From contig CAVVUN010000015.1 in assembly GCA_963751455.1 (NCBI GenBank), forward strand, positions 1,440,001 through 1,504,000: DNA of 64,000 nt. The letters are read 5' to 3'. Each line of letters begins with the position of its first letter. The stretch's first letter is position 1. The DNA is from Nitrospirota bacterium (GTDB lineage: Bacteria; Nitrospirota; UBA9217). A model generated the notes under the pieces. The model was not told the origin of the DNA, did not search any database, and worked only from the letters and a program-made list of their open reading frames with translations. Shown here in pieces: positions 50,526 through 58,688 of this stretch. A program made the position numbers and the translations under genes.

Positions 50526-50879
50526 ATGAATCTGAGAGAGATCACCCGGCTTCTCAAAGCCAAAGTGCTGACAGGCGACAGTATCATCGATGAAATCGAA
50601 GTGGACCGCTGCTTCAGCGCTGACCTGATGAGCGACGTCCTCGGCCGGACCTACGCGAACGGCATCCTGATAACGGGTATCACGAATCCCCAGGCGGTTC
50701 GCACGGCCGATATTGCGGAAATCAAGGCGGTATGTGTTGTTCGCGGAAAGCAGCCGGAGGCGGGGGCGGTTTCCCTCGCAAAGCAGAAGGATATACCGCT
50801 TTTCATCACGGAACTGACCATGTTCGAGGCATGCGGAATTCTTTATACGAACGGCCTCCGGGGGGTTGCCGAACGGTAG
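50526..50879 (+). CDS. DRTGG-domain protein
   Basis: SADLMSDVL, LITGITNPQAVRTA, VRGKQP, MFEACGILY. Confidence 0.85.
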   Translation: MNLREITRLLKAKVLTGDSIIDEIEVDRCFSADLMSDVLGRTYANGILITGITNPQAVRTADIAEIKAVCVVRGKQPEAGAVSLAKQKDIPLFITELTMFEACGILYTNGLRGVAER

Positions 50880-50887
50880 ATTGTGTG

Positions 50888-51841
50888 ATGACAGAGCAGG
50901 GTAAAGATCAGGCAACCGTTGACCGGTTGACCAAGACCCAAGAGATGGTCTATGAGCTTACCGTCGGCGAGGTGATGGCCCCGAAGATGGTGAGCGTCGG
51001 GCCGGACCAGACGATGTCCGAGTTCAGGATGATCCTGCGCGATAACCGCATCTCAGGGACCCCAGTCGTGGAAAACGGGAAACTGGTGGGGATGATCAGC
51101 ATCGAAGACCTGATCAATGCCTTCAATGACAACGCGATCAACTCCACGGTACGGGAGAGGATGAAACCTAAGGTCGAGTGCCTGTACGATGACGAACTCC
51201 TGGTCCACTGCATTGCCAAGTTTTCGAAATTCGGGTACCGCCGCTACCCGGTGCTGAACCGGGACAATGAACTGCTGGGCATAATTACGAAGGGGAGCAT
51301 CGTCGAAGGGCTGCTCAAAAAACTCGAGGTCGAATACGAACAGGCTGAATCGAAGGCATCGTTGGTACGTCACCGCCCAACCATGAGGAAATTTTTCGAA
51401 GACGTATCCGCTGACGAAATTAGTTTCACGTTCAAATATTTTGTTGCCGGCCAGACGCTCAAGGAAGCAGGCAAGGCGGCCAGCGAGCTCAAGAACGCCC
51501 TGAAAAAGCTGGGTGTCTGTCCGCCGCTCCTCAGGAGGATCGGCGTTGCGACATACGAGGCCGAGATCAATCTCGCATCCTATACAACAGGAGGAGAGAT
51601 CCGTGCCCAGGTTGAAAAATGGGGAATCCTCGTTGAAGCGATCGACAGCGGTCCCGGCATTCTCGACGTGGAACAAGCGCTGCAGCCGGGATATTCAACG
51701 GCGCCAGATTGGGTCCGGGAACTGGGGTTTGGGGCGGGCATGGGGCTCGTAAACATTAAGAAATGCGCCGATGAGATGAACCTGAAATCATCGGTGCCGG
51801 ACGGAACGCATCTGACAATGCAGTTCTATTATACGAGTTAA
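50888..51841 (+). CDS. CBS-pair fused to RsbT/anti-sigma-type Ser/Thr kinase (HATPase)
   Basis: Two CBS repeats (ISGTPVV..LVGMIS; YPVL..LLGIIT); YEAEIN, DSGPGI, GYSTA, GFGAGMGL. Confidence 0.85.
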   Translation: MTEQGKDQATVDRLTKTQEMVYELTVGEVMAPKMVSVGPDQTMSEFRMILRDNRISGTPVVENGKLVGMISIEDLINAFNDNAINSTVRERMKPKVECLYDDELLVHCIAKFSKFGYRRYPVLNRDNELLGIITKGSIVEGLLKKLEVEYEQAESKASLVRHRPTMRKFFEDVSADEISFTFKYFVAGQTLKEAGKAASELKNALKKLGVCPPLLRRIGVATYEAEINLASYTTGGEIRAQVEKWGILVEAIDSGPGILDVEQALQPGYSTAPDWVRELGFGAGMGLVNIKKCADEMNLKSSVPDGTHLTMQFYYTS

Positions 51842-51846
51842 CGAGT

Positions 51847-52206
51847 ATGGTGCCCATGAAACTGAACGACCTCGTGAAGGAATTCAGCCTGGAAGTGAAA
51901 GCGGGCGCGGACAGCCTCAACGCCGAAGTGACCGCGGGATACGTAAGCGATCTTCTGTCAGACGTTCTGGCGCACGCCGAAGACGGCGCCCTTTGGGTTA
52001 CGCTGCATATTCACCAGAATATCGTGGCCGTCGCTTCGCACAAGGGGCTCTGCGGGATCCTTCTGGTCCAGGGCAGGCAGCCGGAAAAGGACACCATCAG
52101 GAAGGCGGAGGACGAGAAGATCCCGATTATGGTCAGCCCTCTTTCCGCATTCGAGCTTGTTGGCAGATTGTATAAGGCGGGAATTCGTGGCGCTGAGGCG
52201 GATTAA
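51847..52206 (+). CDS. DRTGG-domain / HPr-kinase N-terminal-like protein
   Basis: GYVSDLLSDVL, LWVTLHIHQNIVAVA, SAFELVGRLY. Confidence 0.85.
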   Translation: MVPMKLNDLVKEFSLEVKAGADSLNAEVTAGYVSDLLSDVLAHAEDGALWVTLHIHQNIVAVASHKGLCGILLVQGRQPEKDTIRKAEDEKIPIMVSPLSAFELVGRLYKAGIRGAEAD

Positions 52207-52933
52207 GGCTGATCTTCATCTGCACACATGCCTTTCCCCCTGCTCCGGTCTGGATATGTCGCCCCGTGAAGTGGTGAATGCGGCGATCCAGAAGGGTTTG
52301 GGCCTGATCGGCATATGCGACCATAACTCGGCCGAGAACGTTCTTGCGGTGAGGAAGGCCGGCGAACGGAACGGTTTGATGGTCGTGGGCGGTATGGAAG
52401 TGACCTCTTCGGAGGAAGCGCATTTACTCGTATTTTTTGATTCGGATGACGATCTTCTGGAGTTCCAGGACTATATTTACCGGCACCTGTCGGGCCGCAA
52501 CGACGAACACTCCTTCGGTTTGCAGGTGATCGCCGACGATGAGGACGGGGTAACCGGTTTCTGCGACCGGCTTCTGATCGGCGCTACATCGCTATCCGCG
52601 GAAGCGATCGTTGCAAAGGCCCACGCGGTGAAAGACGGCAGCCTGGTGATCGCGGCGCACGTTGACCGTGAATCGTTCAGTATCATCGGCCAGTTCGGGT
52701 TCATTCCCGCGGGGCTGGGACTGGACGCTCTTGAAGTGTCGGCGAAAATGACAGCGGCTGAGCTCAAGGCCCGGCATCCCGAGTGCGGGAACTACCCGGT
52801 CGTAACCGGGTCGGATGCGCACAGCCCTGACGACATCGGAAAGTGCTTTACCTGGGTGACCGTCGGGGACGGATCAATCGCAGAGATCAGGAAAGCCCTG
52901 GCGGGCACGGATGGAAGGAAGGCGGAGTGCTGA
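52187..52933 (+). CDS. PHP-domain phosphoesterase
   Basis: DLHLHTCLSPC, ICDHNS, GMEVTSSEEAH, AHVDR, GSDAH. Confidence 0.88.
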   Translation: MALRRIKADLHLHTCLSPCSGLDMSPREVVNAAIQKGLGLIGICDHNSAENVLAVRKAGERNGLMVVGGMEVTSSEEAHLLVFFDSDDDLLEFQDYIYRHLSGRNDEHSFGLQVIADDEDGVTGFCDRLLIGATSLSAEAIVAKAHAVKDGSLVIAAHVDRESFSIIGQFGFIPAGLGLDALEVSAKMTAAELKARHPECGNYPVVTGSDAHSPDDIGKCFTWVTVGDGSIAEIRKALAGTDGRKAEC

Positions 52934-52937
52934 GTCA

Positions 52938-53471
52938 GTGGAAGACCTCTCGCTGCATGTTCTTGATATCGCCGAGAACTCGGTCCGCGCAGAAGCAAAA
53001 ACAGTAGAGATCATCGTAACGAGGGACCTTTCCCGGGATATTCTCCGGGTCGAGGTGGTGGACGACGGGAGGGGAATGGACGCAGCGACGCTTGCAAGCG
53101 TTCGCGACCCGTTCTTTACCACGAAACATAAGAAAACCGGCCTTGGCATCCCGCTCCTGTCGCAGGCGGCTGAACAGACAGGAGGACAGTTCTCTGTCGA
53201 TTCCCGCCGCGGAAAAGGCACCCGGGTTGCTGCTTCGTTCCGGTGGAGTCATGTAGACCGGCCGCCGGTAGGCAGCATGGCTGAAACGCTCCTGACGCTT
53301 ATTGCGGGGCATTGCGACAGGGATTACATATACGAAGAACGGGAAGGAGAGTATTCCTTCCGGTTCGATACCCGGGAGATCAAAGCGGATCTCGAAGGGG
53401 TCCCGATCACCGAGCCGTCCGTGCTGAACGCGATCAGGGACATGCTGAAGGAAAATATCAGGATCAGGTAA
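52938..53471 (+). CDS. Stand-alone histidine-kinase-like ATPase (HATPase_c)
   Basis: LHVLDIAENS, DDGRGM, DPFFTTK, GLGIPLL, HVDRPPVG; no sensor domain. Confidence 0.85.
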   Translation: MEDLSLHVLDIAENSVRAEAKTVEIIVTRDLSRDILRVEVVDDGRGMDAATLASVRDPFFTTKHKKTGLGIPLLSQAAEQTGGQFSVDSRRGKGTRVAASFRWSHVDRPPVGSMAETLLTLIAGHCDRDYIYEEREGEYSFRFDTREIKADLEGVPITEPSVLNAIRDMLKENIRIR

Positions 53472-53548
53472 AAACTGATTTATTAAAAGTGCCAGAATAA
53501 ATTATATTTCATCTCACATTTTCCGTTCAAGATGAGAAGAGGTAGATA

Positions 53549-54064
53549 ATGAGTAAAGAAGCTGCCGTACAAAATAAAACCGAAAATGAACCGGTCGAAA
53601 CGATCCCACGGGAGAAGTTCCAAAAGATCGATGCGATCATAGAAAAATACAGGGACAAACCCGGCTCACTGATCCCGGTCCTGCAGCAGGCGCAGGACGT
53701 CTGCGGTTATCTGCCGCATGCCGTGCAGCGCTATATTGCGAAGGGCATGAAGATGTCGCCGAGCGTCGTGTTCGGCGTTGCAACCTTCTATTCGTTCTTT
53801 ACGCTGGTGCCGCGCGGAAAACACGTCATCCGGGTCTGCCTGGGCACTGCCTGCTATGTCAAAAGAAGCGAAGAGATCCTCCTTAAAATCAAGGACGAAA
53901 TGGACCTCGAGGTCGGAGAAATAACCAGGGACAAGAAGTATTCGCTCGAGGCTGTACGGTGCCTCGGCGCCTGCGGGCTGGCGCCCGTCGTCGTTGTCGG
54001 ACAGGACACGTATGGCGACGTGGCGGCGACGAAGGTGATGGACATCATTAAGAAGTACGAGTAG
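53549..54064 (+). CDS. nuoE: NuoE/HndA/HydC-type [2Fe-2S] subunit
   Basis: LIPVLQQAQ, GVATFYSFF, CLGTAC, CLGACGLAP. Confidence 0.9.
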   Translation: MSKEAAVQNKTENEPVETIPREKFQKIDAIIEKYRDKPGSLIPVLQQAQDVCGYLPHAVQRYIAKGMKMSPSVVFGVATFYSFFTLVPRGKHVIRVCLGTACYVKRSEEILLKIKDEMDLEVGEITRDKKYSLEAVRCLGACGLAPVVVVGQDTYGDVAATKVMDIIKKYE

Positions 54065-54070
54065 GTCCTT

Positions 54071-54140
54071 ATTGTAAATTGTACCCTGCTCTAGCGAAGA
54101 CGCGGGCATAAACAAATTGTAAAATGCAAAATGCAAAGTG
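54071..54140. repeat. 7-bp periodic element with nested mini-element remnant (54083-54113)
   Basis: ATTGTAAATTGT[ACCCTGC...CGCGGGCATA]AAATTGTAAAATGCAAAATGCAAAG. Confidence 0.6.
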
Positions 54141-54161
54141 TGGAATACACGGAGTGACACA

Positions 54162-54545
54162 ATGGCCAAACTGACGATTGCGGATTTGAAGAAGATCAAG
54201 GAAACGTACCACGCCAGTCAAGCCCTGCGCGAGGGCGGATTCCGGGTAAAGATTACGGTGCATATGGGCACCTGCGGAATTGCAGCGGGGGCGCGTCCGA
54301 TCATGAATGCGATCATGGAAGAACTGTCCAAGTCGAACCTCAAGGATGTTGCGGTCACTACTTCGGGCTGCGCGGGACTCTGCAGCAAGGAGCCCATGAT
54401 CACGATAGAACTTGCGGGCGAACCGCCGATCAAGTACATCGCCCTGACCGAGGACAAGACACGGAAAATTTTCGCGCAGCACGTCGTAGCCGGAAAGCCC
54501 GTAGCCGAGTACGCTTTGGTCGCCGGGCATGAGACGACGTATTAA
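54162..54545 (+). CDS. Thioredoxin-like [2Fe-2S] ferredoxin (HndB/HydD-like)
   Basis: VHMGTCGIAAGAR, TSGCAGLCSKEP. Confidence 0.85.
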   Translation: MAKLTIADLKKIKETYHASQALREGGFRVKITVHMGTCGIAAGARPIMNAIMEELSKSNLKDVAVTTSGCAGLCSKEPMITIELAGEPPIKYIALTEDKTRKIFAQHVVAGKPVAEYALVAGHETTY

Positions 54546-54563
54546 AACGCAAAGGTTCTTTAA

Positions 54564-54641
54564 CCGCAGATTACGCAGATAGCGCCGATTAAGACGCTTG
54601 GAAAAACCTTTTTTAATCTGTGTAATCTGAGCAATCTGCGG
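54564..54641. repeat. 9-bp periodic hairpin element before nuoF2
   Basis: CCGCAGATTACGCAGATAGCGCCGATT ... AATCTGTGTAATCTGAGCAATCTGCGG. Confidence 0.78.
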
Positions 54642-54684
54642 ACAAGTTTTAAAAAGATTTCCAATTCAGGTTATGGAGTAAACT

Positions 54685-56475
54685 GTGGAGACGACATACC
54701 GTTCAAACATAATGATCTGTGCGGGCACCGGCTGCGTGGCAAACGGGTCCCTTAAGGTCAAGGACGCGCTGGAGACGGAGCTTATCAAGCGCAATCTTCA
54801 GAACGAGGTCAAAATCGTCCTTACCGGGTGCAACGGGTTTTGCGCCAAGGGCCCGGTCATCGTGGTCTACCCCGAAGACATCTTTTACCAGATGGTAAAG
54901 CCCGACGACGTGCCCCATCTCGTTGAGGAACACTTCATCAAGGGCCGTCCCGTACAGAAGTTCCTCTATACGCCGCCCGCGCAGAAAACCGCGATCCCGG
55001 TCATGAATGACATTCCGTTCTTCAAGCACCAGGTACTTCGCGCTTTGAGGAACCGCAGCCTGATCGATGCGGAGAAGATCGAAGAGTATATCGCGCGCGA
55101 CGGGTACATGGCAGCAGCCAAGGCGCTCCTGGAGATGACGCCCGAACAGATTGTGAACGAGATGAAAAAATCCGGACTCCGCGGCAGGGGAGGAGCAGGA
55201 TTCCTGAGCGGACTGAAGTGGGAGCTCTGCGCCCGCGTTCCGGGCGAGATTAAATACATCCTGTGCAACGGCGACGAGGGCGACCCGGGCGCGTTCATGG
55301 ACAGGAGCGTGATGGAAGCCGACCCGCACTCCGTGCTCGAGGGCATGATCATTGCGGCCAAGGCGATCAGCGCCCATTACGGTTATATCTATGTCCGGGC
55401 CGAATATCCGCTGGCCGTGCACCGGCTCCAGCTTGCCATCGACCAGGCAAAAGAGCGTGGGCTTCTGGGCAAGGACATTCTCGGTTCGGGCTTTGACCTC
55501 GATATTGAGATCTACCAGGGCGCCGGCGCCTTTGTATGCGGCGAGGAAACAGCGCTCATGGCCTCCATCGAAGGGAAACGCGGCATGCCGCGCGCCAAGC
55601 CGCCGTTCCCTGCGGTCAAGGGCCTCTGGCAGCGGCCCTCGGTTCTGAACAACGTCGAGACCTTTGCCAACGTGCCGCCGATCATCCTGAACGGGGCCGA
55701 CTGGTTTGCGAGCCTCGGCACCGAGAAGAGCAAGGGCACGAAGGTGTTTGCGCTCTCCGGAGCTCTGAACAATATCGGTCTCGTGGAAGTGCCCATGGGC
55801 ATCCCGCTCAAGACCATCATTTTTGATATCGGCGGAGGCGTCAAGGGCAACCGCAAATTCAAGGCCGTGCAGATGGGCGGACCGTCCGGCGGCTGTATCC
55901 CGGCATCGCTCATTGAGACGCCGGTCGACTACGAGAACATCAACAAGACCGGCGCGATCATGGGGTCCGGCGGTATGGTGGTCATGGACGAGACGACATG
56001 CATGCCGGCCATGGCAAAGTTCTTCCTCGAATTTACCGAGGACGAGTCCTGCGGCAAATGTGTCCCGTGCCGTATCGGGAACAAGACGCTCCTCAACATC
56101 CTCACCCGGATCACGAACGGCGAAGGCCGTGAAGGCGATATCGAGCTGCTGTTGAACCTGTCGCAGCAGATCAAGGATACTTCGCTTTGCGGTCTGGGCC
56201 AGACATCGCCCAACCCCGTGCTCACAACCATCAAGTATTTCCGGGAAGAGTACGAGGCGCATATCAAGGACCACAAGTGCCCGGCGCGCGTCTGCACGCC
56301 GCTTATCGAATTCAAGGTGAACGAGGAAAAATGCAAGAAGTGCGGTCTCTGTTCCAAGAACTGTCCGGTCGGGGCCGTAACCTGGGAGAAGGGCAAGACG
56401 GCCTTTATTGACAGGGAAAAATGCACCAAGTGCAAGACCTGCATAAAGAACTGCCGGTTCTGGGCGATTGATTGA
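54685..56475 (+). CDS. nuoF: NuoF/HndC/HydB-type flavoprotein with extra Fe-S domains
   Basis: N-terminal CAGTGC...CNGFC, RGRGGAGF, DEGDPGAFMDR, GGPSGG, ESCGKCVPC, HIKDHKCPARVC, C-terminal 2x[4Fe-4S]. Confidence 0.92.
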   Translation: METTYRSNIMICAGTGCVANGSLKVKDALETELIKRNLQNEVKIVLTGCNGFCAKGPVIVVYPEDIFYQMVKPDDVPHLVEEHFIKGRPVQKFLYTPPAQKTAIPVMNDIPFFKHQVLRALRNRSLIDAEKIEEYIARDGYMAAAKALLEMTPEQIVNEMKKSGLRGRGGAGFLSGLKWELCARVPGEIKYILCNGDEGDPGAFMDRSVMEADPHSVLEGMIIAAKAISAHYGYIYVRAEYPLAVHRLQLAIDQAKERGLLGKDILGSGFDLDIEIYQGAGAFVCGEETALMASIEGKRGMPRAKPPFPAVKGLWQRPSVLNNVETFANVPPIILNGADWFASLGTEKSKGTKVFALSGALNNIGLVEVPMGIPLKTIIFDIGGGVKGNRKFKAVQMGGPSGGCIPASLIETPVDYENINKTGAIMGSGGMVVMDETTCMPAMAKFFLEFTEDESCGKCVPCRIGNKTLLNILTRITNGEGREGDIELLLNLSQQIKDTSLCGLGQTSPNPVLTTIKYFREEYEAHIKDHKCPARVCTPLIEFKVNEEKCKKCGLCSKNCPVGAVTWEKGKTAFIDREKCTKCKTCIKNCRFWAID

Positions 56476-56552
56476 TATTATGGACCAAGCCGACCATGTC
56501 GGCGTACGTTACGGCAACATGGTTGCCTCGGTCCAAAAAAAGGTAAAAAAAC

Positions 56553-58679
56553 ATGCCAAATATAACGGTAACGGTTGACGGAAAAAGTGTCGAGGTTCCT
56601 CTCGGATCGACGATCCTCGAAGCGGCGAACGCCGCGGGATCGCGGGTGCCGACCCTGTGCCACGACAACAAACTCCATCCCTTCGGCGCCTGCCGGATCT
56701 GCCTCGTGGAGGTGGAGGGTACGCCCCGGAAGTTTACGCCCTCGTGTACCACGCCTGCAACGGATAAGATGGTCGTAAAGACGACCAGTCCCGCGTTGAT
56801 CGAGGCCCGCCGGATGGTGCTCGAACTCCTTTTGATAAAGCATCCCCTCGACTGCCCGGTCTGCGACAAGGCTGGCGAATGCAGCCTGCAGGACCTGGTC
56901 CACGAGTACGGGCTCGGTCCGAGCAGGTTCGACCCGGATAAGGCATATCTTCCGCCCGACTATGAAAGCGCCATCATCGAGCGAAATATCAGCCGCTGCA
57001 TCCTCTGCGGCAAGTGCGTCAGGATTTGCGACGAGCAGAACGGCGTGGGCGAGTGGGCGTTTACGCGGAGGGGAACGAAGGCGCGCATAAGCACGGATTT
57101 CGACCGGCCGCTCGACTGCGAGTTCTGCGGGGAATGCGTAGAGATCTGTCCCGTCGGAGCGCTCACAACCAGGCAGTTCAAGTACAAGGCCCGTTCATGG
57201 AACCTGGAAGCGACGAACTCAGTCTGCAATTATTGCGGCTGCGGCTGCAACCTCAGCTATGAAACGCGAAACGGCAAGATCATGCGCGTCGGCCCCGGCA
57301 AAAGCAACTATCTCTGCACCAAGGGCAGGTTCGGCTGGGACGTTGTCCATTCGTCTGACCGCCTGACCACGCCCAAGATGCGGGTTGGAGGTACGCTCGT
57401 GGATTGCACCTGGGAAGAGGCCCTCTCGGTCGTCGCGACCAACCTCAAGGTTATGAGGGACAAGCACGGCGCAGCGAAGATCGGCGGACTGGGCTCGGTA
57501 CGGACCACGAACGAGGACAATTACGTGTTCCAGAAGTTTATGCGGACAATAATTGGAACCGGCAATGTCGACCTGCTCGCGAGGCTCAAGGTCCCGAAAG
57601 GACTGGACACGGCGTTCTTTTCGGGTGAGCTGAGCAGGATGGCGGAGCACGAAGTAATTCTCGTTCTCGACAAGAACGTGGGCGAGATCAACCCGCTGAC
57701 CGGAATCGAGATCGTACGGGCCGTCAACAAGAAGGAACGGAAACTGGTGCTCGTGAACGACGAGTTCAACAAGTTCAACAAGATCGCGAGCGTCGTAATT
57801 CCGGATACCACTGCCGGCGCGCTCGAAGAGCTGCGCAAGGCGTTTTCCTCGGCGTCAAAAAGCGATCCCGTCAAACAAGCCGTGGAATTTCTGAAGAACG
57901 CCAAGAGCGTGGCACTGATCGTGCCGGCCCGGCTTTCCGACAAGGAAGCGGCGGCAATCAGGGAACTTGCAGGACAGCTCAAGAATGTCACCTATTATCC
58001 GCTTATCAGACGGAGCAATTTTCAGGGTGCGCTCGACATGGGCGTCATCTCTTCGTATCTCCCGGGTTACCAGAAGGCGGACAAACCCGGCATGAACGCG
58101 GTTGAAATGATAGAAGCGATCAAGGCCGGAAAACTGGCTTCACTCTACATCATGGGCGATGACCCGGCCGGGAGCGATCCGAACCTCAGGCCGATCCTTG
58201 AGAAGCTCGAGTTCCTCGTTGTTCAGGACGCGTTTCTGACGGACACCGCGAAACTGGCACATGTGGTGCTTCCTGCGGCCATGAGCGCCGAGAAAACAGG
58301 TACGTTTACGAACCTCGAGCGGAGGCTGCAGCAATTCGACAAAGCCGAGGAACCGGTCGGCGAGGCAAAGCCCGATTGGGAGATCATCCGGGAAATTTCG
58401 AGGAAGATGGGCTCCTCGTCCATGCAGTATGCATCGGCCCGGGACATTATGAAGGAGATCAAGGCTTCGGTGCCTCTTTACCGGGAGCTCGCTGTCGGCG
58501 CCTGCTGGCGGCCGGACCAATCGCCGCTCGCCAATACGGCTGTTGATCTGTCGCTTGCGTCCGACACGATCATGACTCAGGAAGTCGTTACGGCGGACAG
58601 GTTGGTGTTCTCATCAGGAATGACCATAACCCGTTCAAAGGAAATAGGGACCATTCGACACATTAAGATAGAAGTGTAG
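56553..58679 (+). CDS. nuoG: NuoG-like subunit (HydA/FdhA-type Fe-S N-terminus plus degenerate molybdopterin-oxidoreductase fold)
   Basis: PTLC..GACRIC, HPLDCPVCDKAGEC, CILCGKCVRIC, CEFCGECVEICP, CNYCGCGC; NVDLLARLK lacks the FDH Cys/Sec ligand. Confidence 0.85.
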   Translation: MPNITVTVDGKSVEVPLGSTILEAANAAGSRVPTLCHDNKLHPFGACRICLVEVEGTPRKFTPSCTTPATDKMVVKTTSPALIEARRMVLELLLIKHPLDCPVCDKAGECSLQDLVHEYGLGPSRFDPDKAYLPPDYESAIIERNISRCILCGKCVRICDEQNGVGEWAFTRRGTKARISTDFDRPLDCEFCGECVEICPVGALTTRQFKYKARSWNLEATNSVCNYCGCGCNLSYETRNGKIMRVGPGKSNYLCTKGRFGWDVVHSSDRLTTPKMRVGGTLVDCTWEEALSVVATNLKVMRDKHGAAKIGGLGSVRTTNEDNYVFQKFMRTIIGTGNVDLLARLKVPKGLDTAFFSGELSRMAEHEVILVLDKNVGEINPLTGIEIVRAVNKKERKLVLVNDEFNKFNKIASVVIPDTTAGALEELRKAFSSASKSDPVKQAVEFLKNAKSVALIVPARLSDKEAAAIRELAGQLKNVTYYPLIRRSNFQGALDMGVISSYLPGYQKADKPGMNAVEMIEAIKAGKLASLYIMGDDPAGSDPNLRPILEKLEFLVVQDAFLTDTAKLAHVVLPAAMSAEKTGTFTNLERRLQQFDKAEEPVGEAKPDWEIIREISRKMGSSSMQYASARDIMKEIKASVPLYRELAVGACWRPDQSPLANTAVDLSLASDTIMTQEVVTADRLVFSSGMTITRSKEIGTIRHIKIEV

Positions 58680-58688
58680 GAGTTGAAC

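Noticed and set aside
56473-56535. SECIS/selenocysteine readthrough after the nuoF2 TGA (long hairpin follows)
   Set aside because: NuoF2 is complete at that point and readthrough is out of frame with nuoG2; more likely an intergenic hairpin.
56553-58679. Active formate dehydrogenase or [FeFe]-hydrogenase
   Set aside because: No Cys/Sec Mo ligand and no H-cluster motifs.
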